Assembly (NCBI GenBank): GCA_011176545.1
Contig: DUEN01000021.1
Span: forward strand, 8,662-72,661
Length of the DNA: 64,000 bases
Origin: Caldilineae bacterium
GTDB lineage: Bacteria; Chloroflexota; Anaerolineae; DUEN01
Direction of reading: 5' to 3'
In this document: piece after piece, positions 10,016 to 19,674 of the stretch
Numbering within the stretch: position 1 is the first letter of the stretch
How the letters are laid out: each line of letters opens with the position of its first letter
Notes under the pieces: model-generated
Database searches by the model: none
Seen by the model: the letters and a program-made list of their open reading frames with translations, nothing else
What the model was told of the DNA's origin: nothing
Made by a program: the position numbers and the translations under genes

Positions 10016-10564
10016 CTATCCCTCCTCCGACATGGCGGCCTGCTTGCGCAGCCAGGGAAGCTCTCCACGCATCGTCACGCGCTCACGGGAGATCTTCTCC
10101 TGAAGCTTCAGCAGCCCGTAGAAGAGCGCCTCGGGCCTGGGAGGACAGCCGGGGATATACACGTCAACGGGGATGATCTTATCCACCCCCTGAACGATGG
10201 CGTAGTTGTTGAAGGGGCCGCCGGCGGAGGCGCAGATCCCCATAGCGATCACCCACTTCGGCTCCAACATCTGGTCGTAGAGGCGCTTGATGACGGGTGC
10301 CATCTTGTTGGACACCCGCCCGGCCACGATCATCAGATCCGCTTGCCGCGGGGAGGCCCGAAAGACCTCCGAGCCGAAGCGGGAGATGTCATGACGGCTG
10401 GTGCCAGAGGTGATCATCTCGATGGCGCAACAGGCCAGGCCGAACAACAACGGCCAGACGGAGTACCGTCGGCTCCAGTTAATGGCCTGCTCCAACGTAG
10501 TCAATATGTATCCCTGCGTATGAGGGACCTCTGTCCCAGTGGATGAGGAGACGTCGAAAGCCAT
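10016..10564 (-). CDS. nuoB: NADH-quinone oxidoreductase subunit B
   Basis: [16 protein letters not shown] and [13 protein letters not shown] motifs. Confidence 0.97.
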   Translation of the reverse strand: MAFDVSSSTGTEVPHTQGYILTTLEQAINWSRRYSVWPLLFGLACCAIEMITSGTSRHDISRFGSEVFRASPRQADLMIVAGRVSNKMAPVIKRLYDQMLEPKWVIAMGICASAGGPFNNYAIVQGVDKIIPVDVYIPGCPPRPEALFYGLLKLQEKISRERVTMRGELPWLRKQAAMSEEG

Positions 10565-10677
10565 TCCCCGCTCTCCTTAACTTAAACCCTCCGATCTCAC
10601 TTCACAGAGCCTGCCCACACGAGGCGGCCTTACCTGCAACCTTCAGAGGAGAAATCGAAGGCGTAATCGCTGCAGCG

Positions 10678-11034
10678 TTATAGCCAGTCCAGTCCCCCTT
10701 TGCGCCAGGCGTAGATGTAACCGATCAACAGGATCCCCAGGAAGACGGCCATCTCGAGGATGCCAAACCAGCGGAGGCGGCGCAGGAGGACCGCCCACGG
10801 ATACAGGAAGAGCACCTCGATATCGAACAGCACAAAGAGGATGGCCACCATGTAGTAATGCACGGGGAAACGGCGACGGGGGAGAGAAAAGGGTCGCAGA
10901 CCGGATTCATAGGGTTCCAGTTTAGTGGGGGTCGGGCGCTTAGGCCCTAACAGCGTGGGAAAAAGCAACGCGATCACGGCCAACGCCGTGGAGAGGAAAA
11001 GCATGATCAGGATCGGCACATAGTCGGCAAGCAT
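10678..11034 (-). CDS. nuoA: NADH-quinone oxidoreductase subunit A
   Basis: KLEPYESG, FVLFDIEVLFLYPWA and WRKGGLDW motifs; start placed at ATG 11034 (MLADYVPIL) after a GGGAGG RBS. Confidence 0.95.
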   Translation of the reverse strand: MLADYVPILIMLFLSTALAVIALLFPTLLGPKRPTPTKLEPYESGLRPFSLPRRRFPVHYYMVAILFVLFDIEVLFLYPWAVLLRRLRWFGILEMAVFLGILLIGYIYAWRKGGLDWL

Positions 11035-11236
11035 GTTCCCTCCCCAGAGAAGCCCATCGTCCGCGAACACACGTCCAGGCGTTCTTCCGCCTGGGCTGGC
11101 GGCAGTTGAAAACAAGCTATCTAGTTGGATTAAACATAGGCACCGTACTGCGGGTGGTACCCATCCGCCATTCGGACACGCCCGGAGGAAAAGGGGCGCG
11201 GCCTCTCCTCGTTCCCTCTCTCTCGAAATTATGCGC

Positions 11237-11265
11237 ATTTTATGACAAAGAGAACGATCTGTCAA
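11237..11265 (-). promoter_or_regulatory. Sigma70-type promoter of the nuo operon
   Basis: Minus strand TTGACA-17 nt-TAAAAT, about 200 nt upstream of nuoA. Confidence 0.7.
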
Positions 11266-11389
11266 AGAAGCGAACCTCAAGAGGTGAATTCCAGATCATA
11301 CATGAACCCGTGCGGCGCGGGGCGCCGCGCTACCGCCACCAGCACACATTGCGATGAGCCCAATGGCTCATCACCCGCATCCTCCAGAT

Positions 11390-11432
11390 TTGTCCTTTCC
11401 CCACTACTGCGGTACACTGAGACCGAGTATCA
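11390..11432 (+). promoter_or_regulatory. Promoter with an overlapping Fur/Zur-type box
   Basis: TTGTCC-17 nt-TACACT, then the 15-bp quasi-palindrome TGAGACCGAGTATCA (11418-11432) just upstream of the zur-znu operon. Confidence 0.55.
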
Positions 11433-11448
11433 CTTACGAGGTCACGTC

Positions 11449-11904
11449 ATGTGGGACTATAAAGGGGCATCCAAGCTGCCACTGGCTAGGCGCCTGGCCA
11501 GACATGGCCTGAAGCTCACCCGGCCCCGACTCGCCATCGTACAGGTACTGAGCGAGCATCCTGGGCATCTGAGCACCCAGGAGATATGGGAGAGGGCCAA
11601 GTCGCTCTATCAGCCGCTGGGGCGGGCGACGGCCTTCCGCACCATCAACCAGATGGTACAACTGGGCCTATTGCGCCCACTTCCTCTGAGAGGGGGAGAG
11701 CAGCGGTTTATGGTCGTCCGGGAAGCGCATCACCACTACGTGGTCTGCATTCAGTGCGGTACCGTCGTTGAATTGCCTGAGTGCCCCTTGGCCGATCTCG
11801 CCGAGGAGGTGGCGGCCTCGTCCGGCTTTCAGATCACAGGGCACATGGTAGAGTTCTTCGGCCTGTGTCATGAGTGTCAGGACACCCAGGAGGGCGGGGG
11901 ATGA
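11449..11904 (+). CDS. zur: Fur-family transcriptional repressor, probably Zur
   Basis: LKLTRPRLAI..HLSTQEI..RATAFRTI, HHHYVVCIQCG and C-terminal GLCHEC; heads a Zn/Mn ABC transporter operon. Confidence 0.85.
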   Translation: MWDYKGASKLPLARRLARHGLKLTRPRLAIVQVLSEHPGHLSTQEIWERAKSLYQPLGRATAFRTINQMVQLGLLRPLPLRGGEQRFMVVREAHHHYVVCIQCGTVVELPECPLADLAEEVAASSGFQITGHMVEFFGLCHECQDTQEGGG

Positions 11905-12929
11905 TCAGGCCCCATCAGCGGATAGGGGTATATCTCGGTCGGGTCGTGATGATCCTGGCGCTGATCGGCGCGATGTGGATGGCGGGATGTGCCTCCCCAG
12001 AGCACACGGCGCGCCCCCCAGAGAGCGCAGCATCCCCAGGCGCCCGCCAGGAGGCGTTGCCCACGTTGACGCCCGTCACATTGGCGGAGGGACAGAGACT
12101 ACGTGTGGTAGCCAGTACGAGCATCATCGGCGACGTGGTGGCCCATGTCGGCGATGGCCTCGTCGAGCTTACGGTGTTGATGGGGCCTGGTCAGGATCCC
12201 CACGGTTACGAGCCGACGGCCAAAGATATCGCCGCCATCTCGGAGGCCCATGTGATCTTCATCAACGGGCTGGGCCTTGAGGAGGGGCTGGAGCGAACCA
12301 TCAAGGCGGCGGCCGATCGCGGCCAGCCCGTGATCGCGGTATCGACAGGGGTGCCCGCACGCGAGATGCACCTGTCGGGACAGGAGGGGACGGGCAGGCC
12401 GGATCCCCACACCTGGTTCGATCCCAACAATGTCATCCTATGGGTGAACAACATCGAAGGCGCACTCTCCGCCCTCGATCCCGTCCATGCGTCCGAGTAT
12501 GCGGCGAACGCGGAGGTCTATCGCCAGCAGCTACGAGAGCTGGATGCCTACATCCGCGAACAGGTGGCGCGCATCCCCCCGGAGCGACGTAAGTTGGTCG
12601 CCGACCATCTGGTGCTCGGCTACTTCGCCGCCCGGTATGGGTTCGAGGTCATCGGCGCGGTGATCCCCGGCTTCAGCACCGTCGCTGAGCCATCGGCATC
12701 CGACCTGGCCAGGCTGACGGCGCTGGTGCACGAGGCGGGAGTGCCCACCATCTTCGTGGGGCGGACGATGAACCCCCGTATGACCCAAGTGCTGGCGGAG
12801 GAGGTGGGCGCCCGCGTCCTCCCGCTCTATACCGGCGCGTTGGGAGAACCAGGCAGCGGCGCGGAAGATTACATCAGCATGATGCGCACGAACGTTGATA
12901 CGATCGTAGAGGGGTTGAGCCATCCATGA
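11901..12929 (+). CDS. znuA: Zn/Mn ABC transporter substrate-binding lipoprotein
   Basis: Lipobox MAGC, DPHGYEPT and DPHTWFDP; ATGA overlap with the zur stop. Confidence 0.9.
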   Translation: MIRPHQRIGVYLGRVVMILALIGAMWMAGCASPEHTARPPESAASPGARQEALPTLTPVTLAEGQRLRVVASTSIIGDVVAHVGDGLVELTVLMGPGQDPHGYEPTAKDIAAISEAHVIFINGLGLEEGLERTIKAAADRGQPVIAVSTGVPAREMHLSGQEGTGRPDPHTWFDPNNVILWVNNIEGALSALDPVHASEYAANAEVYRQQLRELDAYIREQVARIPPERRKLVADHLVLGYFAARYGFEVIGAVIPGFSTVAEPSASDLARLTALVHEAGVPTIFVGRTMNPRMTQVLAEEVGARVLPLYTGALGEPGSGAEDYISMMRTNVDTIVEGLSHP

Positions 12930-13810
12930 GCGGACGAAGAAAGAAGTCGAGGAAGCCGAGAAAGAGGAGAAGCCCGGGAACGAAGGTGACGCGGCTATTC
13001 CAGCGGCCGGTCCAACACCAGGAGGCCGAGCCCGTCATCCGGCTGACGCACGTGAGCGTGCATTACAACAACGGGACGCCGGCCCTGGAGGACATCAGCT
13101 TCACCCTACAGCGAGGAGAGCGCGTGGCGGTCGTAGGCCCCAACGGCGCGGGGAAGAGCACGCTCTTCAAGGTGATCGCAGGCATTTTGTCCCCCACATC
13201 CGGCCGGGTGGACGTCTACGGCCATGCCCCGCATGGGCACATCTGCATCGCCTACGTGCCACAGCGAAGTCAGGTGGACTGGTCGTTTCCCGTCACCGTG
13301 GCCGACGTGGTGATGATGGGCCGGGTGGGCAAGTTGGGGCTCCTGCGGTGGCCACGACGCCGGGACTGGGAGATCGTGCGTGAGAGCCTCCGTCTGGTGG
13401 GCATGGAGGAGCTGGCCAGCCGTCAGATCGGCGAGCTCTCCGGCGGCCAACAGCAGCGCGTCTTCATCGCCCGCGCGCTGGCCCAGGAGGCGGAGATCCT
13501 GCTCATGGATGAGCCGTTCGCCGGGCTGGATATGCCCTCGCAAGAGGTCTTCTTTCGCGTCCTCGACCGGCTGCGAGAGCGCGAGGTCACGGTCCTGATC
13601 TCCACTCATGATCTGAACCAGGCGGCCGGCCGCTTCGATCGCCTGATCTTGTTGAATCGCCGATTGATCGCTATGGGGCGCGCCAAGGAGGTACTGACCC
13701 AGGAGCATCTACTGGCCGCTTACGGCGGTCGGGTCACGATGCTGGACACCGATGACGGCACCGTGATGGTATCAGACACCTGCTGTAGCCGAGGGATGGA
13801 TCATGCTTGA
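12926..13810 (+). CDS. znuC: Zn/Mn ABC transporter ATP-binding protein
   Basis: GPNGAGKST, YVPQ, LSGGQQQR and LLMDEP motifs. Confidence 0.92.
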   Translation: MSGRRKKSRKPRKRRSPGTKVTRLFQRPVQHQEAEPVIRLTHVSVHYNNGTPALEDISFTLQRGERVAVVGPNGAGKSTLFKVIAGILSPTSGRVDVYGHAPHGHICIAYVPQRSQVDWSFPVTVADVVMMGRVGKLGLLRWPRRRDWEIVRESLRLVGMEELASRQIGELSGGQQQRVFIARALAQEAEILLMDEPFAGLDMPSQEVFFRVLDRLREREVTVLISTHDLNQAAGRFDRLILLNRRLIAMGRAKEVLTQEHLLAAYGGRVTMLDTDDGTVMVSDTCCSRGMDHA

Positions 13811-14660
13811 ATGGTTGATCGAGCCGCTACGCTATACCTTCATGATCCGGGGCCTTGTAGCCGCCATCCTGGTAGGCACCGTATGCGCGGTCGTCGGCAC
13901 TTACGTCGTGTTGCGCGGCATGGCCTTCCTGGGGGACGCCCTGGCCCACGCCATCCTGCCCGGGGTCGCGATCGCCTATCTGCTGGGCGGCGGCGCGCAG
14001 GGGCCGCTGTTCTGGGGCGGGCTGGCGGCCGGCATAGGGACCGCCCTGGGGATCGGCGCCATCTCCCGGGAGGGAGAGATCAAAGAGGATACGGCCATCG
14101 GCATCCTGTTCGCTGGCATGTTCGCGTTGGGGATCGCCCTGATCTCATCCGTGCGCAGCTACACGGTGGACCTGACCCACTTCCTCTTCGGGAACGTGCT
14201 GGGGGTCACCAACCAGGACCTGTACCTGACGGCGGCCTTCGGGGGGCTCGTCCTGCTCCTGGTGCTGGCCTTCTACAAGGAGTTCCTGGTGATCTCCTTC
14301 GATCCGATCCTGGCGGAGACGCTGCGACTGCCGGATACCTTCTTTCACCACCTCCTGCTCGTCATGATCGCCATCACCATCGTGGTATCCCTCCAGACAG
14401 TGGGCATCGCCCTGATGGTGGCCATGCTGGTCACCCCGGCGGCCACGGCCTACATGCTCACCCGGAGGTTACCCGTGATGATGGCGCTCGGCGCGCTCAT
14501 TGGGTCCGGCTCGGGCATCGTCGGTCTGTACCTGTCGTATTACATGAACATCGCGTCGGGAGCGGCCATCGTGCTCACCTGCACGGCGTTGTTCCTGCTG
14601 GCGTTCCTGTTCTCACCCGGCCGTGGCCTGATGTGGCAATGGACACATCATAAGCTGTAG
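13803..14660 (+). CDS. znuB: Zn/Mn ABC transporter permease
   Basis: VVLRGMAFLGDALAHAILPG and EDTAIGI; multi-TM ABC-3 family. Confidence 0.92.
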   Translation: MLEWLIEPLRYTFMIRGLVAAILVGTVCAVVGTYVVLRGMAFLGDALAHAILPGVAIAYLLGGGAQGPLFWGGLAAGIGTALGIGAISREGEIKEDTAIGILFAGMFALGIALISSVRSYTVDLTHFLFGNVLGVTNQDLYLTAAFGGLVLLLVLAFYKEFLVISFDPILAETLRLPDTFFHHLLLVMIAITIVVSLQTVGIALMVAMLVTPAATAYMLTRRLPVMMALGALIGSGSGIVGLYLSYYMNIASGAAIVLTCTALFLLAFLFSPGRGLMWQWTHHKL

Positions 14661-14684
14661 GGGCGACGCATGCGTCGCCCCTAC
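14657..14684. repeat. GTAG-type REP palindrome
   Basis: Perfect palindrome GTAGGGGCGACGCATGCGTCGCCCCTAC, which supplies the znuB TAG stop. Confidence 0.85.
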
Positions 14685-14744
14685 AAGATGTTGTGCCTTT
14701 CACTTATTATGCAACGGCTGTGTGGTGTATCTTCCGGCGTGCTC

Positions 14745-15176
14745 TCAGGCCGTGCGCACCTGGATGGTGCGTCGCCTCAGTTGCTCCGCCTTGGGCAACG
14801 TCAACGTCAGCACGCCGTTCTTGAACACCGCATCGACCTTATCCACCTGCACGGGGATGTTCAAGGTTAAAGTCCGCGTCATCTTCCCATGGGGTCGCTC
14901 CAGGGCCACCACCCGTCCAGGTGGATCCGGCCGCGGGATCTCGGTAGTAATCGTCAACGTATCCCCTTCGATGGTGATGTCCACCTGATCCGGCTCCGCG
15001 CCGGGCAGGTTCGCCTTGATCACCAGCGCGTCATCGGTGACCCAGGCGTCGATGGGGATCTGTGGTGCCCGCTCGCGCCTTCGCTCGCGGAAGTACGGGT
15101 CGATGAAGCTCTGCTCCAGCAGTTCGTTCACCGCATCGCGCAGTGACATGACGTTGGCAGGGAAGGTCTCATCCAT
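14745..15176 (-). CDS. Hsp20/alpha-crystallin small heat-shock protein
   Basis: ANLPG and AVFKNGVLTLTLPK motifs. Confidence 0.9.
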   Translation of the reverse strand: MDETFPANVMSLRDAVNELLEQSFIDPYFRERRRERAPQIPIDAWVTDDALVIKANLPGAEPDQVDITIEGDTLTITTEIPRPDPPGRVVALERPHGKMTRTLTLNIPVQVDKVDAVFKNGVLTLTLPKAEQLRRRTIQVRTA

Positions 15177-15240
15177 CGTTCGCCTCCTTGGATAAAGTGA
15201 GGACCGGAGCTACAACGGCTCCGATCCTCCTCACGTTCGA

Positions 15241-15792
15241 TTACGATCGCTCCTCGACCTTGATCTCGTGCTCTCGCTTGCCGATCTTGGGCAACCGGAT
15301 CTTCGGCAGGATCCGGCTGACCTTGATCTTATTCACCAGCGGCTTGCCCGCGTGAGCCTTCGGCAGGGTGATGGTCAGGATGCCGTCGCAGAGCTCCGCC
15401 TTGGCCTTGTTCACCTTGACCTCGGTCGGCAGGCGCAGGCTGCGCTGCCACAGGCCATAGCGGCGCTCTCGGATGTGCCACCCAAACGTGTGGCGTTCAT
15501 CCTCGGCCTTGCTCTCGGCTCGAATGGTCAGAATGCCGTTACGCTCCTCGATATCGATATCCTCCTCACGCACGCCGGGCAACGCCGCCTTCACGACGAT
15601 GGCATCATCGGTCTCGTACATGTCTACGGGCAGGTTATCGCCCCACCGCCAGAAATCCGTCTCGAACGGCCAGGCTGGCCAATCCCACAGGCTACGACGA
15701 ACCGGCACGAAGGCCTCCTCGAATAGTCGATCCATCATCTCGCGCACGGTCATCACATCACGATAGGGATCCCAACGCACCAGATCAGCCAT
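15241..15792 (-). CDS. Hsp20/alpha-crystallin small heat-shock protein
   Basis: RWDP, AALPGV, ERRYGLWQRSLRLP and DGILTITLPK motifs. Confidence 0.92.
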   Translation of the reverse strand: MADLVRWDPYRDVMTVREMMDRLFEEAFVPVRRSLWDWPAWPFETDFWRWGDNLPVDMYETDDAIVVKAALPGVREEDIDIEERNGILTIRAESKAEDERHTFGWHIRERRYGLWQRSLRLPTEVKVNKAKAELCDGILTITLPKAHAGKPLVNKIKVSRILPKIRLPKIGKREHEIKVEERS

Positions 15793-15929
15793 ACCGTCAC
15801 CTCCCTTCCCTTCTAATCCACGCTGATATCGCTCCCAGGTGCCTCATTGCACCCTTGTCAGGCTGATCCGAATAGCGCCTCTTCATCTCACGAATGCGTA
15901 CTGGGAGCGAAAAGGTTACCCCGTTCGTT

Positions 15930-15983
15930 ATTCTCCTCATACCGCATAAGTCCTACATAAGATGACCATTTGTAATCCATTAG
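15930..15983 (-). promoter_or_regulatory. Four direct repeats at 11-bp period plus -10 element upstream of the hsp20 pair
   Basis: Plus-strand CATAAG(15945) CATAAG(15956) CATTTG(15967) CATTAG(15978); same layout as at 17090 and 22657. Confidence 0.65.
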
Positions 15984-16043
15984 ACGCACCTTGCAATGAA
16001 CAGGCGCAGCAAGTCTCCGTCTTGCGGGCCTGTCCCGCCGCCA

Positions 16044-16268
16044 TCAGCGGAACAGCCGGAAGATGATGTTTAAAAGCACCGTCAGCACTACGCTGAGCAG
16101 GATCATCGTGCCCAGAGGGGCGTAAAATACGAAGTTATCTCGCTTGATCACGATATCCCCCGGCAGGCGGCCAGGCCATGGGAGACGGCCGAGAACCATC
16201 AACAGGATGCCCATGACGATCATAAAGCCGCCAAACACCACGAGCCATCGTCCCAGGTCACCCAACAT
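16044..16268 (-). CDS. DUF2905-family small membrane protein
   Basis: GRLPGDIVIKRDNFVFYAPLGTMILLS signature; GGAGGT RBS. Confidence 0.85.
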   Translation of the reverse strand: MLGDLGRWLVVFGGFMIVMGILLMVLGRLPWPGRLPGDIVIKRDNFVFYAPLGTMILLSVVLTVLLNIIFRLFR

Positions 16269-16335
16269 GGTGCTCACCTCCAGATGATGGGAACATCAAT
16301 ACTAGAGACGTCCATAATAGACAGCATGACCCTTT

Positions 16336-16363
16336 GTGGGGGTGACCAGCCGGTCGCCCCTAC
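16336..16363. repeat. GTAG-type REP palindrome
   Basis: GTGGGGGTGACCAGCCGGTCGCCCCTAC. Confidence 0.8.
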
Positions 16364-16478
16364 GTTTCTGTCGTGTATGCCAATATGAGCGAAATAGAAA
16401 AGGGCGGGAGCCGCGCCATCGTCCGGTCCCGCCCACGGGGATCATCTCACACTCTGACGGTATGACCCGTCACGAGGG

Positions 16479-16973
16479 TTACTTCTGCTCGTCCTCCTTC
16501 ACCTCGGAGGCTTGACCCTCGATCATCTGACGGGTCTTCACCGGGATGCGCTTCGGCCGGACCTCCTCAGCCTTCGGGATGCGCAATGTCAGCACGCCGT
16601 TCTCATAGGTGGCCTCCACCTTGTCCGCATCCACCGGGGCCGGCAGACGCACGGAGCGGCTGAAGGAGCCATAGCGGCGCTCCCTAATGTGATACTGCTC
16701 CTCCTTGATCTCCTCGTCCGCCTTGATCTCGCCCCGGATGGTCAACACATTATCGGCGATGCTGACGTCCAGGTCCTCCGGCCGCACACCCGGGATGGTC
16801 GCCTTCACGATGAAATTATCCTCGTCCTCAGCGACATCCAGAGCCAGGCTCCACTCCGTCGTCGGAGCCAACAGCCGGCTCGGCATGACGAAAGCTTCCT
16901 CAAACAGACGATCCATCGCGTTCCGCAGGCTGATGAAGTCCCGGAACGGATCCCACCGCATCAGGTTCGTCAT
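16479..16973 (-). CDS. Hsp20/alpha-crystallin small heat-shock protein
   Basis: RWDPFR, ERRYGSFSRSVRLP and ATYENGVLTLRIPK motifs. Confidence 0.94.
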   Translation of the reverse strand: MTNLMRWDPFRDFISLRNAMDRLFEEAFVMPSRLLAPTTEWSLALDVAEDEDNFIVKATIPGVRPEDLDVSIADNVLTIRGEIKADEEIKEEQYHIRERRYGSFSRSVRLPAPVDADKVEATYENGVLTLRIPKAEEVRPKRIPVKTRQMIEGQASEVKEDEQK

Positions 16974-17074
16974 CCTCTCACCTCCTCAAGGAGATCTCTC
17001 CAGAAGCTCCCCTCTTCGCAATCACCAATCCCTAATCTCTAATCTCCAAACCTCTACCGACCTCGCCTGCCTAT

Positions 17075-17128
17075 ACTATAGGCGCGATGCATAAGCAAAA
17101 CATCAGATCAACGTAAGCGATCTATTAG
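17075..17128 (-). promoter_or_regulatory. Four direct repeats at 11-bp period plus -10 (TATAGT) upstream of hsp20
   Basis: Plus-strand CATAAG(17090) CATCAG(17101) CGTAAG(17112) TATTAG(17123). Confidence 0.65.
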
Positions 17129-18099
17129 AGTTCATCCTCCTCAGCCCCGGTCACGACGACCAACTCATCGCCTGGTCGCACGATCTCCTCCTGGTCGAAG
17201 GTCTGCACGATGCGGCCATCTCGCACGATGGCCAGCACGACCGTGCCTTCTTTGGCCAATTGCCCAACGCTCCGCCCCGTCTCATCGGATACGGCCGCGC
17301 GCTTCTCCAGGTCAACCCCGGGGAGCAGGTGCAGCCGATCCAGCAGGCTGGTGAACTGCGGAAGCACGGCGGCCCGCGCCAGCACCTTGCCCACCACGAT
17401 CTCCGGCGCCACCACTTCGTCCGCGCCCACGCGCCGCAGCTTCGCCACGTTCTCCGGGCGGGTGGCCGTCGAGACCACGCGCAGCTTCGGGTTGAGCTCC
17501 CGGGCGGTGATGATGGTGAAGACGTTATCCGCGTCCTGTTCAAACGTGGTGATCAAAACCTGCGCCTCGGTGATGCCTGCCCGCAGGAGCGTCTCCTCCT
17601 CCCGAGCGTCGCCATGCACGACAGCCCAGTCCGTGCTTTCCACCAGGTTGCGGCAGATCGATTCATCGGCTTCTACAATGACAAAGCTCTGGCCGCTCGC
17701 CGCCAGCTCCTGCGCGATGATCCGGGCGGGCGAATTGTAACGACATAGGACGACGTGATCCTTCAACGGCTTCACACGCTCCATACGCAATGCCTCCAAC
17801 AGGCTGCTGCGCAGCCATCTCCCCAGAAAGGCCTCAGCGGTCACGCCGATCAGCCCCAACCCCAGGATCACGTACACGCTGACGAGCAGCTTCGTGATGG
17901 GGCGGCTGGCCACCAGGTCGCCATATCCTAAGGTCGTCAGGGTGACGACGGCGAAATACCAGCTATCCAGGATATTCCATCCTTCCAGCTTGTGGAACAG
18001 CCATGTCCCACTTAACAAAAAAAGCCCGGCTAGACAGGCGAGCATCCATCGCCCGTCGAGCCGAGACAACGCGCGGATCCAACGATCAGGAGACATCAT
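17125..18099 (-). CDS. Potassium channel with TrkA-N/TrkA-C (RCK) domains
   Basis: Selectivity filter TLTTLGYGD, and VHGDA..LLRAGI..DADNVF RCK motif; start at MMSPDRW overlaps the upstream stop. Confidence 0.9.
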   Translation of the reverse strand: MMSPDRWIRALSRLDGRWMLACLAGLFLLSGTWLFHKLEGWNILDSWYFAVVTLTTLGYGDLVASRPITKLLVSVYVILGLGLIGVTAEAFLGRWLRSSLLEALRMERVKPLKDHVVLCRYNSPARIIAQELAASGQSFVIVEADESICRNLVESTDWAVVHGDAREEETLLRAGITEAQVLITTFEQDADNVFTIITARELNPKLRVVSTATRPENVAKLRRVGADEVVAPEIVVGKVLARAAVLPQFTSLLDRLHLLPGVDLEKRAAVSDETGRSVGQLAKEGTVVLAIVRDGRIVQTFDQEEIVRPGDELVVVTGAEEDEL

Positions 18100-18650
18100 C
18101 GCCTGGCCCTGTGTCTCCTGATCCACTCGACCAACCAGGATAAGTGCAGCATCTGAGCCACCTCGCAAAGCCATCGGGGAAGCCGGGTGCGAAGCCTCTG
18201 ACGCTGAGCCACCGCCAACCCCGCCAGGGTGGCCGCGATCATCCAGCGAACCTCGGGCGCACCGGTCAGCGCGACGACCCCACACGTCAGATCCACCGGC
18301 CGCATGAAGAGCACCAGCACAGCCTTTCGCTGGAGCGCGGCGACGGCGACCCCGGCCAGGAGCGTATAGACGGCCGTCACCCACATCGGCAGGAAGCCGC
18401 TTAAGGTGATGTATAGCAAAGCCCCCCAGGTCAGCAACACATCGACGAGGAAATCATACCGCCCCAGTAAAGTGGGACGCCGCGCACGCCGGGCCAACCA
18501 TCCGTCCAGCGAGTCGCCGACCCAGGCGATCAACGTGATCGTAACCGCCATAGGCAACGCGCTCGCCCCTCGCGTTGCCCCCAACCACACCAGCCAAAGG
18601 GCGACAAGGCCACGAAATAACGTCAATAAGTCCGCAGCACATGCCAACAT
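18096..18650 (-). CDS. CDP-alcohol phosphatidyltransferase family protein
   Basis: DSLDGWLARR..LGRYDFLVD matches DxxDGxxAR..G..D..D. Confidence 0.85.
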   Translation of the reverse strand: MLACAADLLTLFRGLVALWLVWLGATRGASALPMAVTITLIAWVGDSLDGWLARRARRPTLLGRYDFLVDVLLTWGALLYITLSGFLPMWVTAVYTLLAGVAVAALQRKAVLVLFMRPVDLTCGVVALTGAPEVRWMIAATLAGLAVAQRQRLRTRLPRWLCEVAQMLHLSWLVEWIRRHRARR

Positions 18651-18693
18651 GACCCTATCTCCCTTGTTAACGCGTGGCCACCATCGTGACCCC

Positions 18694-19083
18694 TCAGGCG
18701 CCGGGGGGTGGCAACAGCTCCTTTACCCGTTTCACGATGTCTCCCACCCGCACCGGCCGCGCCAGCAACGCCGACACCTGGCCCTCTAATGCCGCATACG
18801 CTTCGCGTTCAAAGGTTCCCGTTATTAGAACGACCGGAATCCCCGGTAACGCGCGAATGAGATCGCGCACGCGATCCGGCGCGGCGAAGTCATCATGCCA
18901 TACGTCCAGCAACACGAGCCGGGGAGCCACCCGAGAGAGAAGCACCGCCTTCAGGCCGTAACGCAGCCCCGGCAGGGCCATGACCTCGTATCCGGCCTCC
19001 TGTAACTCGGCCAGCGTCAACGCGCGGGCCTGCCAGTCGGCCGCGATCAACAGGATATCCCGTACGATCGGCCCCTTCCCCAT
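18694..19083 (-). CDS. Single-domain response-regulator receiver protein (atypical)
   Basis: ILLI..AGYEV..LVLLDV..IPVVLITG..ARP; the acidic pocket and the KP lysine are altered. Confidence 0.7.
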   Translation of the reverse strand: MGKGPIVRDILLIAADWQARALTLAELQEAGYEVMALPGLRYGLKAVLLSRVAPRLVLLDVWHDDFAAPDRVRDLIRALPGIPVVLITGTFEREAYAALEGQVSALLARPVRVGDIVKRVKELLPPPGA

Positions 19084-19110
19084 CCCCACCTTCAGGGGGC
19101 TTTCCCATGA

Positions 19111-19404
19111 TCAATCGATCCCCCACGACTTGCGCATCTCCATGATCTCGTTCAATTCCTTGCGCCCGAACACCTTGGGCTTCTCTTCCACGGGCTCCTC
19201 TTCCTTCGACTCGGACGAATCGTCCGAATCGGAAGCTTCGCCGGCGACGTGGATGGCGACGCGTGAGAAGAGCCTGCTCACGGAAGATGAACCGCAGGTC
19301 GGACAGGCCAGAGAGTCCTCCTCTTCCTCCGCCGCCTGAAAGGTCGCAAACCAGTGATCGAACCGATGTCCACATGCCGCACAACGGTACTCGTATAAAG
19401 GCAT
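19111..19404 (-). CDS. FmdB-family zinc-ribbon protein
   Basis: MPLYEYRCAACGHRF..CPTCGS; GGAGG RBS. Confidence 0.88.
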   Translation of the reverse strand: MPLYEYRCAACGHRFDHWFATFQAAEEEEDSLACPTCGSSSVSRLFSRVAIHVAGEASDSDDSSESKEEEPVEEKPKVFGRKELNEIMEMRKSWGID

Positions 19405-19477
19405 GCCTCCCTCCTGCTGGCCAGCGAAATGGTCAATGGGTACGCTTATAGGTTGGAATATCCGACGTAGCCCTCTC

Positions 19478-19505
19478 GTAGGGGTGACCAGCCGGTCGCC
19501 CCTAC
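19478..19505. repeat. GTAG-type REP palindrome
   Basis: GTAGGGGTGACCAGCCGGTCGCCCCTAC. Confidence 0.85.
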
Positions 19506-19570
19506 AGGGCACCCGCCGTTTCCCGAAAGTCATGTTTGTGTGCTGCTTTATCCAGGCGAAGGTCAGAGGT

Positions 19571-19603
19571 AAAAAGGCCGGGAGACGCCCTTGTCCCCCG
19601 GCC
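19571..19603 (-). terminator. Probable intrinsic terminator after lon
   Basis: Minus strand AGGCCGGGGAC..GTCTCCCGGCC stem followed by TTTTT. Confidence 0.6.
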
Positions 19604-19674
19604 TCTCCCACGCGAGGGGATGGAACGCCGCGAAGGGCATTCCATCCCACCGTTGGGATCGACTCCTCCTCACG

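Noticed and set aside
9041-10546. Long plus-strand ORFs opposite nuo, lon, S8 and tad genes (e.g. 501, 315, 419 and 431 aa)
   Set aside because: These are antisense shadows expected from high GC3; they carry no motifs and overlap well-supported genes.
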